From a virus, in the IMG/VR virus record IMGVR_UViG_3300028748_000002: a stretch of DNA of 46,353 bases, one strand, 5' to 3'. Shown here piece after piece: positions 23,442 to 31,890 of this stretch (position 1 is its first letter; each line of letters begins with the position of its first letter). The notes beneath the pieces are model-generated. The model did no database searches. It saw nothing but the letters and a program-made list of their open reading frames with translations, and was not told where the DNA came from. The translations under genes and the position numbers were made by a program.

Positions 23442-24230
23442 ATGGGATTGCTCATCGAAGTCAACACTCTCACGCTCACCCCGGAGGAGGCCGCCGGGCT
23501 CATCGCGCTCCTCGCGGTCATTCACCCGGGAGCCGTGCAATCGGCCGCCTTGGACAAGGCCGCCACTGCTCTGGGCACCGGCACCGTCAAGCCCGCTCTC
23601 ACGCCCATGGCTCTCGCGGATAGCCTCATGGCGTCGGAAAGCGCACGCGTGGCCAAGATTGACCCGGCTATCACCGGCGAGGCTCCGGCACTCACGCCAG
23701 CACCGGCACTGGCACCCACCACGGCCCCCAACGGGGCAGAGCTGGACGCGGAGGGCCTCCCGTGGGACGCTCGCATTCACTCCAGCGCCAAGGGCAAGCT
23801 CAACAACGGCACGTGGAAGGTGGCCCGCAACATTCCGGCGGACAAGGTGGCCCAAGTCAAAGCGGAGCTCCGTGCGGCCGTAGGCGCGGCGGCCATCCCG
23901 GTTGGTTCACCACCGGCGGCCACGGGTATCGTGCCCATTCCCTTGGCACCGGGCACGGCCGCACCGGCTCCGGCCACGGCACCGCTCGCCATCCAAGTGG
24001 ACAATGGCCCGGCTCCGGCCGGTGCTCCGCCGGTGTCCGCCTATGCCACGTGCACCTTTGCGGACGCCATGGGCCGCGTGGTGGACCTCACGGTGGCCGG
24101 GGTGTCCATGGACGCAATCAATGCCGCCGTGGCCACGGTGGGCTTGACGCAACCCCGGGACCTTTCGCTCCGGCCGGACCTCGTGCCCGCCGCAATGGCC
24201 GCAATGGCCACGCTGGGCGTGAGCGCGTAA
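23442..24230 (+). CDS. Hypothetical protein with PWDxRIH motif and Pro/Ala-rich linkers (262 aa)
   Basis: ATG at 23442 after GAAAGGA. DAEGLPWDARIHSSAKGKLNNGTWKVAR is a motif I recall from many phage early proteins of unknown function. Confidence 0.55.
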   Translation: MGLLIEVNTLTLTPEEAAGLIALLAVIHPGAVQSAALDKAATALGTGTVKPALTPMALADSLMASESARVAKIDPAITGEAPALTPAPALAPTTAPNGAELDAEGLPWDARIHSSAKGKLNNGTWKVARNIPADKVAQVKAELRAAVGAAAIPVGSPPAATGIVPIPLAPGTAAPAPATAPLAIQVDNGPAPAGAPPVSAYATCTFADAMGRVVDLTVAGVSMDAINAAVATVGLTQPRDLSLRPDLVPAAMAAMATLGVSA

Positions 24231-25364
24231 GTGGGCGGCCACGCATTCCTTGCGCCTAGCGGGGCGGATCAATGGGGGCCGGGGCGTTGCGCCGGGTCCC
24301 CCCGCCTCCAAGCGGCCTTTCCGGGGCAATCCGGGGAGGAGGCGCTAGAGGGCAACGCCGCGCACGATTGGGCCGCCGCCGCCATCTTGGGCAATGCTCC
24401 GCCGGTGGGCGCGGTCCACCAGAATGGCCAGACAATCACCCCGGCCATGGCGGAGGCTCTGGAGGACTATGTTGCGGATTGCCAAGCGTTGCTGGCCCGC
24501 AAACCGGACCAATCGGGCGTGGAGGTGCGCGTCCGCGCGCACCAGTTTATCCACCCGCTTTGTGAGGGCACCCCGGACTTTTTCGCGTTGTTTATTGCGG
24601 AGCGCCGGGTCTATCTCAAGGACCTCAAATTTGGTCATGGGTATGTGGGCGCTTTCCGCAATTATCAGCTCACGGTCTATCTCATCGCTCTTTTTGAGAC
24701 GCTGGGCCTAGGCCTGCCCGATGATAGTTGGTGGATTGAGGCCACCATATACCAACCCCGGAATTATCACCCGTCCGGCCCCATCCGTCATTGGCGGCCC
24801 AAGGGGTCGGAGCTGGAGCTCTTGCGCCAAGCGTTTGTTGTTGCGGCGGCGGAGAGCACCGGCCCGGGGGAAAACCTCTCTTGCACCACCGGCGATTGGT
24901 GCCGGTATTGCACGGCCAACCATGCTTGCACCACGTTGGCAGAGGACGCGAGCTTTTCGCGCTCTCACTCCAGCAAGGCGCAAATTTATATCCAAGACCC
25001 GGACGAGCTGGGCCGGGAGCTCAAGGCGAATAACCGGGCCTTGCGCACCCTCAAGGCGCGCAACGAGGCGCTGGACGAGCAAGCTAAGGCCCTCGTGGCC
25101 ACAGGTGTGCGCGTCCGGGGCTGGACCGGGGAATGGAAAAACGGCCGCACCACGTGGAGCGTGGCGGCGGACCGCGTTATTGCTTGGTGCAAGGCGCTTG
25201 GCGCGGACGTTACCAAGACCGGGACCCTCACCCCTACGCAAGCGCTCAAGCTAGGGTTGACGGAGGATTTGATTGGCGCAATTACGACCACCCCCACCAC
25301 GTTCGCCCTCGTTGAAGTGACGAGCGACACCATGGCAAAAGGACTGTCCGAAAATGGCAAGTGA
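24231..25364 (+). CDS. PD-(D/E)XK nuclease, DUF2800/Cas4-like (377 aa)
   Basis: GTG directly after the upstream TAA. HAFLAPSGADQW N-terminus, GTPDF...YLKDLKFG core and C-terminal Cys cluster CTTGDWCRYCTANHAC. Confidence 0.75.
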   Translation: MGGHAFLAPSGADQWGPGRCAGSPRLQAAFPGQSGEEALEGNAAHDWAAAAILGNAPPVGAVHQNGQTITPAMAEALEDYVADCQALLARKPDQSGVEVRVRAHQFIHPLCEGTPDFFALFIAERRVYLKDLKFGHGYVGAFRNYQLTVYLIALFETLGLGLPDDSWWIEATIYQPRNYHPSGPIRHWRPKGSELELLRQAFVVAAAESTGPGENLSCTTGDWCRYCTANHACTTLAEDASFSRSHSSKAQIYIQDPDELGRELKANNRALRTLKARNEALDEQAKALVATGVRVRGWTGEWKNGRTTWSVAADRVIAWCKALGADVTKTGTLTPTQALKLGLTEDLIGAITTTPTTFALVEVTSDTMAKGLSENGK

Positions 25365-26499
25365 GCAACGCTACCCCCTCGTGTCCCCCATCGGCCGCAT
25401 TGTCGAAGGGGACCCATGGACGCCCCGAGAAAAGGACGGGGACGGCAATATCCGGGTCTATAAAACCGGACCGAATGCCGGGAAGCCCAATCCACAGTAT
25501 TATATCGGCCTCGCCATCCCCAAGTGGGTCCCGCACCCGCAAACCGGCCAGATGGTGGACAACCCGGACTTTGCCGCGTTCTATGGCCAGATTGACCATA
25601 TCGCGCGGACGAGCTGGCCCAACCTTTTCCCCAATGGCGGCCAGTGCATCGCGGCTGATTTTTCGTGGAAAATCCGGGACGGTGACGGCTTTGTCAAAAA
25701 GGGCAAGAATGCCGGGAAACCCTTGGCGGACCGGCCGGGTTTTGCCGGTCACTGGATTGTGTCCTTTTCCTCCAGCTTTGCCCCGTCCATTGTCGTGGAG
25801 ACGAGCCCGGGACAATATGCGGAGATAACGGACCCCAAGCTCCTCCAACGTGGCTATTGGGCGCGTATCGGGACGAGCGTGTCCAGCAACGGGTCCACCA
25901 ATACCCCGGGCCTTTATGTGAACCTTGAAAAAATCCAGCTCATGGGCAAGGGCGAGGTCATCCAATCGGGCGAGAGCGCGGCGGAGACGTTTGGCGCGGC
26001 TCCGGCGGCCTACGTGCCTCAAGGAATGCAAGCCCTTACGCCCATGGACTTGGCCGGTGCGCCAACCGGGTTGGGCGCTCCCCCGGCTGGTGCTCCGGCA
26101 TTCGGTGGGGCTCCAGCGGGGTTTCCCGCGCCCCAACCGGGTCCGGCATTCGGTGGAGCCCCTGTGCCGAATGCGGCCGCCCCGGCCCCCGGGTTTTCTG
26201 CCCCGGGTGCGATGCCATCGGGTGGTAGCCCTTTGCCTGCATTTGGTGCGGGTCCGGCCTTTGGCCAGCCTGCCCCCGGTGCGGGAGCTGGGCCGGTGGC
26301 GGGGGGTTTGCCGCATGGGGGCCCGGCTGGTGCCCCTGCACCGGCTCCGGCTGTCCCGAATGCTCCGGCCTATAGCGGCTTTATGGCCACGGGGCCGGTC
26401 ATGCTCCCGGCGGCCAATGGTGCAACATATGAGCAATTCAAAGCTCAAGGCTGGACGGACGAGGCCATGGTTGCCAGTGGTTACATGGCGGCCCGCTAA
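25354..26499 (+). CDS. Putative ssDNA-binding protein (DUF2815 / gp2.5-like) with long Pro/Ala/Gly/Phe-rich linker (381 aa)
   Basis: Position between the nuclease and polymerase genes, as in DUF2800-DUF2815-PolA modules. The globular ~205 aa are followed by ~135 aa of low complexity and a conserved-looking C-terminal tip. Confidence 0.6.
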   Translation: MASEQRYPLVSPIGRIVEGDPWTPREKDGDGNIRVYKTGPNAGKPNPQYYIGLAIPKWVPHPQTGQMVDNPDFAAFYGQIDHIARTSWPNLFPNGGQCIAADFSWKIRDGDGFVKKGKNAGKPLADRPGFAGHWIVSFSSSFAPSIVVETSPGQYAEITDPKLLQRGYWARIGTSVSSNGSTNTPGLYVNLEKIQLMGKGEVIQSGESAAETFGAAPAAYVPQGMQALTPMDLAGAPTGLGAPPAGAPAFGGAPAGFPAPQPGPAFGGAPVPNAAAPAPGFSAPGAMPSGGSPLPAFGAGPAFGQPAPGAGAGPVAGGLPHGGPAGAPAPAPAVPNAPAYSGFMATGPVMLPAANGATYEQFKAQGWTDEAMVASGYMAAR

Positions 26500-26505
26500 A
26501 CTACG

Positions 26506-26531
26506 GTGGGGGCGGTCACGGCCGCCCCCAC
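26506..26531 (+). terminator. Perfect 10-bp GC stem-loop after the SSB-like gene
   Basis: gtgggggcgg tcacgg ccgcccccac, 7 nt after the TAA. No U-tract. Confidence 0.35.
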
Positions 26532-26560
26532 ACAACCCCACCACCACGGGATAAATCGAC

Positions 26561-26743
26561 ATGATGAAATTGCACGCTCCGCGCATAGACGCGTTGCGCA
26601 AAGCGCTCACGGACCTTGAATTTCAGCTTGAGCCGGACGCGGGCATGGACGGCGCGGACCCCGCCAAGGTGCTGGCCGCTCTGGAGGTCCTAGGGGACAA
26701 GTGGGTTGAGCTGGACCAAGAAATTCTCGCGGCTTTCCAATAG
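26561..26743 (+). CDS. Hypothetical protein (60 aa)
   Basis: ATG at 26561; its stop overlaps the next gene's GTG. Confidence 0.45.
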   Translation: MMKLHAPRIDALRKALTDLEFQLEPDAGMDGADPAKVLAALEVLGDKWVELDQEILAAFQ

Positions 26744-27207
26744 TGGAAACGTGGGTCCTCATTCCGGGTTTTGAGGGGCGCTATGCCGTGTCCGATGAGG
26801 GGCGCGTCTATAGTTGGGTTTCCCATAAGCTCCTCAAACCGGGACGAATGCCCGGCGGCCACCTCTCTGTTGCGCTTGGTCGGGGAAATTCGCGTTGCGT
26901 CCATGAGCTCGTGCTCACCGCACACGTGGGCCCCCGGCCTTCGCCTAAGCATGAAACGCGCCACCTCAACGGTGTCCCATCGGACAACCGGCTTAGCAAT
27001 CTGGAGTGGGCTACCAAAAGCCGTAACAGCCAAGATAAAAAGTGGCATAACGGCGCGCGCAATTATAAATTGAGCCCCTCGCACGTTCGCGTCATTCGCC
27101 AGCTATTGGCCAAAGGCCGGAGCGCGCGCTCAATCGCAAAAGCCTTTGGCGTGAGCCCCGTTACGGTGGACCGCATAGCGCACCGCGTTACCCATGGAGA
27201 CGTGTGA
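26743..27207 (+). CDS. Free-standing HNH homing-type endonuclease with NUMOD4-like N-terminus and C-terminal HTH (154 aa)
   Basis: WVLIPGFEGRYAVSDEGRVYS (NUMOD4-like), HLNGVPSDNRLSNLEWATKSRN (HNH_3-like) and RSIAKAFGVSPVTVDRI (HTH). Confidence 0.8.
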   Translation: METWVLIPGFEGRYAVSDEGRVYSWVSHKLLKPGRMPGGHLSVALGRGNSRCVHELVLTAHVGPRPSPKHETRHLNGVPSDNRLSNLEWATKSRNSQDKKWHNGARNYKLSPSHVRVIRQLLAKGRSARSIAKAFGVSPVTVDRIAHRVTHGDV

Positions 27208-29450
27208 TGCCGTCTCACTCAAGTATTGACTTCGAAACGGCCAGCGCGGCCGGGGTCTTTTGGGATAACGACACCGGCCGCCTCGTGGGCCCTCCCGGGT
27301 CCGGCAAGGGCAAGCGGGGGCTCCCCGCGGTCAATGTGGTGGCGTATGCCCAGCACCCCACCACCCGCGTCCTCACGCTCTCGTGGAAGCTCCCGGACGG
27401 ACGGCGCGGCCGGTGGCGGCCCGGTGAGCCCCTCGCCAATCTCCAGCCTCTTTTCGACTGGCACGCGGCCGGTGGGTGGATAGGCGCGCACAACCTCGCT
27501 TTTGAGTGGTATATCTGGGAGCTCATTTGCGTCCCCCAACACGGCTTCCCGCACCTCGCGCCGGAGCTGCTCACGTGCTCCATGGCCACGGCGCACGTCA
27601 ACGGATACCCCGGCAAGCTCGCCATGCTGGGCCCGGTGCTCAACCTCCCAGTCCTCAAGGATGGAGAGGGCCGCCGACTTATCAACAAGTTTTCTGTCCC
27701 GAATAAACCCACCAAAAAGCGGCCGGGTTTCTGGATTATGCCGGAGGATGACCCGGAGGACTTTGAAAAATTCCGCAATTATTGCGACACGGACACGGAC
27801 GTGGAGGCCGCCGCGTGCGATGCCATGCCACCCATGTCCCCGGACGAGCGCAATTTTTGGCTGGTGGACCAAGAGATAAACCGCCGGGGGATTGCGATTG
27901 ACCGGGCCGGGGTGCGCGCGTGCATCGCCGTGCTGGAGCAAGTCCTAGAACTCCGTGGCCATGAATTTCGCCAGATAACCGGGGTGGAGCACACCCAAGG
28001 CGAGCGTTTCAAAGGGTGGCTCCTCGCGCAAGGCGTAGCCGTGGACAGTCTGGACGCGGAGCACATGGAGGCGCTCCTAGAGCGCAAGGACCTTCCGGAG
28101 CTCGCGCGCAAAGCGCTGGAGATAAAGGCCCTCGTGGGCTCCGCGAGCGTCAAAAAGCTCTATGCCATGGAGAACACGGCCAGCAACGAGGACCGGCTCC
28201 ACAACCTCATTGTCCACCACGGCGCGCGCACCGGCCGCCCCACCGGCGAAGGCCCGCAACCGCTCAACCTTCCGAAAGCCGGGCCGCAATTGGCCACGTG
28301 TGGAGCGTGCCGCAAGCCCTTCCATCACTCACACAAGGCTTGCCCGTGGTGCGGCCGTCCGCGTCCGCCCCGGCTCGTTGAGCTCAAGGAGCGGCTGGCC
28401 CCCACGTGGCGGCCGGACATGGTGGACCCCGTGCTGGAGGTCATGCTCCTCCGCAAGCGCGAGCTGGTGGAGCACTATTTTGGCGATGCCGTCACGGTCA
28501 TCATGGGCCTCGTCCGGGGCCTCTTTGTCGCTGGGCCCGGCAACCACCTGATAGCGTCCGACTATTCCGCCATTGAGGCCGTGGTCACGGCTATGCTCGC
28601 GGGTGAGGAGTGGCGGATTGAGACATTCCGCCGCAAGGAGGACATTTACCTCTATTCGGCCGCCAAGATCACCGGGGGCACCGTTGAGGGCTATAAGGCC
28701 TATGCGGAGGAGACGGGAGAGAAGCACCCGGACCGCCAAAATATCGGCAAGGTGGCGGAGCTCGCGCTGGGCTTTGGCGGATGGGTTGGCGCGTGGCGCA
28801 ATTTCGACAAGGGGGACACCTATACGGACGATGAGGTCAAACGCCTCATTTTAGCATGGCGTGCGGCCTCTCCAAAAGTTGTGGATATGTGGGGCGGCCA
28901 GTCCAATGCGGACCGCACCGGCCCTCACCTCTATGGTTTTGAGGGTGCCTTTATCTGGGCGCTTCAAAACCCCGGCTTGCCGGTCACGGTGTCCGGCATA
29001 ACCTTTACCATGGAAGCGGACGACGCCCTCCGCATCACGCTCCTATCCGGCCGCAAGCTCACCTATTGGGCTCCCCGGCTGGCCCCGTCATCGCGTCCGT
29101 GGGCGCGGCCGTGGGAAAAGGAGATTACTTATTCAACGTGGAACACCAACCCGAATTATGGGCCCAAGGGGTGGGTCCGCATGTTCACCTATGGCGGTCG
29201 GCTCACGGAGAATATCGTCCAAGCCGTCGCTCATGACCTCTTGCGCTTTGCCATCCTCAACCTCCGCGCGGCGGGCTTCCCCACCGTGCTCCATGTTTAT
29301 GACGAAATTGTGGTTCAGGTCCCCGCGTGGGCGAGCCCGGACGCGTTGGCAGAGGTGGAGAGGATCATGGTTATCATGCCGTGGTGGGCTCTGGGCTGGC
29401 CTGTGCGCGCGTCGGGAGGCTGGCGCGGCATTCGCTACCGTAAGGATTGA
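27207..29450 (+). CDS. Family A DNA polymerase with 3'-5' exonuclease domain (747 aa from the ATG; GTG at 27204 also possible)
   Basis: Exo motifs IDFETAS, HNLAFEW and YCDTDTD. Pol motif A LIASDYSAIEAVV, motif B RQNIGKVAELALGFGG and motif C VLHVYDEIVV. Confidence 0.9.
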   Translation: MPSHSSIDFETASAAGVFWDNDTGRLVGPPGSGKGKRGLPAVNVVAYAQHPTTRVLTLSWKLPDGRRGRWRPGEPLANLQPLFDWHAAGGWIGAHNLAFEWYIWELICVPQHGFPHLAPELLTCSMATAHVNGYPGKLAMLGPVLNLPVLKDGEGRRLINKFSVPNKPTKKRPGFWIMPEDDPEDFEKFRNYCDTDTDVEAAACDAMPPMSPDERNFWLVDQEINRRGIAIDRAGVRACIAVLEQVLELRGHEFRQITGVEHTQGERFKGWLLAQGVAVDSLDAEHMEALLERKDLPELARKALEIKALVGSASVKKLYAMENTASNEDRLHNLIVHHGARTGRPTGEGPQPLNLPKAGPQLATCGACRKPFHHSHKACPWCGRPRPPRLVELKERLAPTWRPDMVDPVLEVMLLRKRELVEHYFGDAVTVIMGLVRGLFVAGPGNHLIASDYSAIEAVVTAMLAGEEWRIETFRRKEDIYLYSAAKITGGTVEGYKAYAEETGEKHPDRQNIGKVAELALGFGGWVGAWRNFDKGDTYTDDEVKRLILAWRAASPKVVDMWGGQSNADRTGPHLYGFEGAFIWALQNPGLPVTVSGITFTMEADDALRITLLSGRKLTYWAPRLAPSSRPWARPWEKEITYSTWNTNPNYGPKGWVRMFTYGGRLTENIVQAVAHDLLRFAILNLRAAGFPTVLHVYDEIVVQVPAWASPDALAEVERIMVIMPWWALGWPVRASGGWRGIRYRKD

Positions 29451-29501
29451 TTAGGATTTGCCTGATAAGCCGGAGGCTCAACACCACGAGGAGCCCCCGC
29501 C

Positions 29502-29654
29502 ATGAATACCAAGGTCCAACGCATGATGGAAGAAAATCCCGGAATGGACGAGCTCACCGCTTATCGCGCCGTCCGTTCCTTTGACATGGTGGCCCGCCGG
29601 GCCCCGGACGTTCGCAAGGCGGCCATTGTGGCCGGGAGAGGGATTTACAAATGA
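29502..29654 (+). CDS. Small hypothetical protein (50 aa, below the track cutoff)
   Basis: Hand translation MNTKVQRMMEENPGMDELTAYRAVRSFDMVARRAPDVRKAAIVAGRGIYK. GAGGAG 8 nt upstream. Confidence 0.45.
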   Translation: MNTKVQRMMEENPGMDELTAYRAVRSFDMVARRAPDVRKAAIVAGRGIYK

Positions 29655-29815
29655 GGAACTTTGCAACCGGCATAAATTTTGCGCTCCTCGTGGCCATTGT
29701 GTTTGGCGTGGAGCCCGGCACCGCCGTGAGGGTGGCGGCCGCTATTGTGCTGGCAATAGGTTTTGCGGCCCCGGTGCTGGTGGCGGTCCGGCGGGAGCTG
29801 TCACGCAAGCCTTGA
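29651..29815 (+). CDS. Small two-TM membrane protein (54 aa, below the track cutoff)
   Basis: ATGA-coupled. MRNFATGINFALLVAIVFGVEPGTAVRVAAAIVLAIGFAAPVLVAVRRELSRKP. Overlaps the 3' end of the convergent o-spanin ORF. Confidence 0.4.
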   Translation: MRNFATGINFALLVAIVFGVEPGTAVRVAAAIVLAIGFAAPVLVAVRRELSRKP

Positions 29816-30128
29816 GCTGGGCCGTGTTGGCCTCGCCCCACGTGCGGAGGTCCAGCGCGCTTTGGTCCACAATCAAGAGGTCATGCCCGGCCTGCCCCGT
29901 GAGCTGATTGGCCACGTGGGCGGGCTCTGGCGCGATGTTGGACGCGGTAACGCACGGCACCGGCACAAGCACCTTTTCCACCACCGTGTGGACCTCAACG
30001 GCCGGTGGTGGCGTATCGCTCCCCATGCACCCGGAGAGCGCGGCCGCGCATAGGAACAAAGCGGCCCACGCGGCAATGGAGAATGCAATCGCCCCGGCGC
30101 GGACGGCGCTGACCTGCCACCGTTTCAT
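29742..30128 (-). CDS. Outer-membrane spanin (o-spanin) lipoprotein (128 aa)
   Basis: ATG at 30128 (ATGA overlap with the i-spanin). Signal peptide with lipobox AALSGC. Pro-rich mature region. Confidence 0.65.
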   Translation of the reverse strand: MKRWQVSAVRAGAIAFSIAAWAALFLCAAALSGCMGSDTPPPAVEVHTVVEKVLVPVPCVTASNIAPEPAHVANQLTGQAGHDLLIVDQSALDLRTWGEANTAQLKACVTAPAGPPPAPGPQNLLPAQ

Positions 30129-30595
30129 AGCTGCCCCCTCGTGTCGTTGTGCGCGGTCGGAGCCGGGCAATCGTTAAGCACCGGCCGGGCCTGTGCGGCC
30201 TTGAGCTCTGCAATGGCCGCCGCGCGCCCCTGTGCGGCCTGCGCGGCCTGTGCGCGCGCCAGAGCGGCCGCTTGCTGGGCCGCCGTGCTTTGCGCCTTGT
30301 AGCCGTCCACGGCCGCATTCTGGGCCGCCACGGTGCTCTCTAGGGTTTTGATGCTCTGGGCGTCCGTGGCGAGGTCGGCGCGGTAGCCGCCCAGCTCCGT
30401 GCGGTCTTTGGCGAGCTGGGCCGCTTGCGTTGCCGCCGTGGCGTCCGCGCTGGCCCACTCGTGCCGCTCAATGAGGATCACCACCACGCACGCGGCGAGC
30501 GCGAGGACATACCACGGGAGGGTCTGGAGCCATTTGAGGAGCTGGCCGCCCCACCCTAGGAGCTTGAGGCCAAGGCCTACGAAAAATTCAAGCAT
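30125..30595 (-). CDS. Inner-membrane spanin (i-spanin) (156 aa)
   Basis: N-terminal TMD WYVLALAACVVVILI followed by a long Ala/Gln coiled coil. Immediately precedes the lipoprotein gene. Confidence 0.65.
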   Translation of the reverse strand: MLEFFVGLGLKLLGWGGQLLKWLQTLPWYVLALAACVVVILIERHEWASADATAATQAAQLAKDRTELGGYRADLATDAQSIKTLESTVAAQNAAVDGYKAQSTAAQQAAALARAQAAQAAQGRAAAIAELKAAQARPVLNDCPAPTAHNDTRGQL

Positions 30596-30923
30596 TGCTC
30601 TGCTCCGTCGCGGTCCCGGCCAAGGCCCCCGGCGTGGCCACAACGGTGCGGCTGGTGGTCGTGCTGGGCTCTGTGCTTTTCTTGAGCGAGAGCGCCCCGG
30701 CACCGGCCAGCAAAAGCCCCGACGTGCCGCCGCTCCATTGCATCCAGTCGTTGGCGCTCCAAAGGGGCAAGGGCACCGCGTGAAATAGAGACGCCACGGT
30801 CCCGGCCACCTGCCCAAGCCCAACCAAAAGGGGCGTTGTGGCCGTGCTGGCCCAGAGCGCGCGCCCTAGGTCAAACGTCTCGCCGTCAATCCCGGTGAAC
30901 CAATCCTTGAGAAGCCGTTTCAT
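30588..30923 (-). CDS. Holin-like membrane protein (111 aa)
   Basis: Two hydrophobic segments (LLVGLGQVAGTVASLF, SGLLLAGAGALSL). ATGA-coupled to the endolysin gene. Confidence 0.5.
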   Translation of the reverse strand: MKRLLKDWFTGIDGETFDLGRALWASTATTPLLVGLGQVAGTVASLFHAVPLPLWSANDWMQWSGGTSGLLLAGAGALSLKKSTEPSTTTSRTVVATPGALAGTATEQSNA

Positions 30924-31528
30924 TGGAGCACCCCCAAACGATCAAAAAACGTCATGCGGTCCGCAAGGCCATTGAGGCCGCCGTTGACGGCGCGCGTGAC
31001 CCCGTTGATGTCATTGGCGTCCGCGAGCGCGTTGACGTTGCGGTGTTGCCAATAGATGCACGCGGCAAGGACCGCGTTGTCCGGCACCTCCAAGAGCTCC
31101 GGATGGTTGATGCAATCCAGCCCGGTGAGGCCCGCCAAAAGCGCATAGTTATATCGTCCCGTGGTGTCCAAAAGCCCCCGGCCGCAAAAGCGCGCGCCGT
31201 CCCCGGGCTGGGTGTTGCCAAGGTCCCGGCGGCCCTCGTAGCGCTGGAAATAGGCCGCGTCCCCGCGCTCCTTGAGCACCGTAAAAGCAAATGTCTCGCA
31301 CGCGGCTTGCGCGAGAAAATGCCGGACCCGGAGCGAGGTGTTGATGTCATAGGCGTCCAAATGCGCCACGAGCGCCACGCCAAGGTCATGGCCCAGAGGG
31401 ATAGAGCCGTTCAGCCCCGCACGTGCCAAGAGAGCCGCGAAGGTCGCGGGCCCCGCGATGCCGTCCACGGTGAGGCCAGCATTGGCCACGTGGTTGAGGT
31501 TCGCTTGTGTGGCGGAGGCGTCAAACAT
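30920..31528 (-). CDS. Endolysin, glycoside hydrolase family 19 (chitinase-like) (202 aa)
   Basis: FLAQAACET...YEGRRDLGNTQPGDGARFCGRGLLDTTGRYNY...INGVTRAVNGGLNGLADR matches GH19 phage lysins. Confidence 0.8.
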   Translation of the reverse strand: MFDASATQANLNHVANAGLTVDGIAGPATFAALLARAGLNGSIPLGHDLGVALVAHLDAYDINTSLRVRHFLAQAACETFAFTVLKERGDAAYFQRYEGRRDLGNTQPGDGARFCGRGLLDTTGRYNYALLAGLTGLDCINHPELLEVPDNAVLAACIYWQHRNVNALADANDINGVTRAVNGGLNGLADRMTFFDRLGVLQ

Positions 31529-31530
31529 GG

Positions 31531-31854
31531 TCAAACCTTGTGGATGAGCGGGAGGAGCGTGGCAACGGCCCAGCCCAGCGCGCCCCCGATGAGGGAGAGC
31601 ACCGCGAAAAGCATGGCCGCGAATTTCCAAAAATTGGCGTGCTGATTTTTCAGAACCGCCATATCCGTGGTGAGCTGATTGAGCTGGCCTTGTTGGTTCT
31701 CCAGCTTTTGCACCAAGAGCGTGACGGTGGCGGCCCGTTCGTGCCCGATATTGTCCATGGCGTTGAGCTTCTCCTCTACGCGAGCAATTAGGGCCGCCAA
31801 ATTGTTGGCCCGCGTTGCCGCCGCTCGTGCGCCTCTTGTATCGTTCTCCGCCAT
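31531..31854 (-). CDS. Coiled-coil protein with C-terminal TMD (holin or lysis-regulator candidate, 107 aa)
   Basis: C-terminal FWKFAAMLFAVLSLIGGALGWAVATLLPLI. First gene of the lysis cassette. Confidence 0.45.
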   Translation of the reverse strand: MAENDTRGARAAATRANNLAALIARVEEKLNAMDNIGHERAATVTLLVQKLENQQGQLNQLTTDMAVLKNQHANFWKFAAMLFAVLSLIGGALGWAVATLLPLIHKV

Positions 31855-31890
31855 GATGCTCTAGCCGTTACCATTCAGTTATTTAGGGCA

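Noticed and set aside
26743-29450. Intron- or intein-interrupted DNA polymerase, suggested by the adjacent HNH gene.
   Set aside because: The HNH gene is a separate upstream ORF. The polymerase Exo I-III and Pol A-C motifs occur in order in one uninterrupted frame. No intein splice-junction motifs were noticed.
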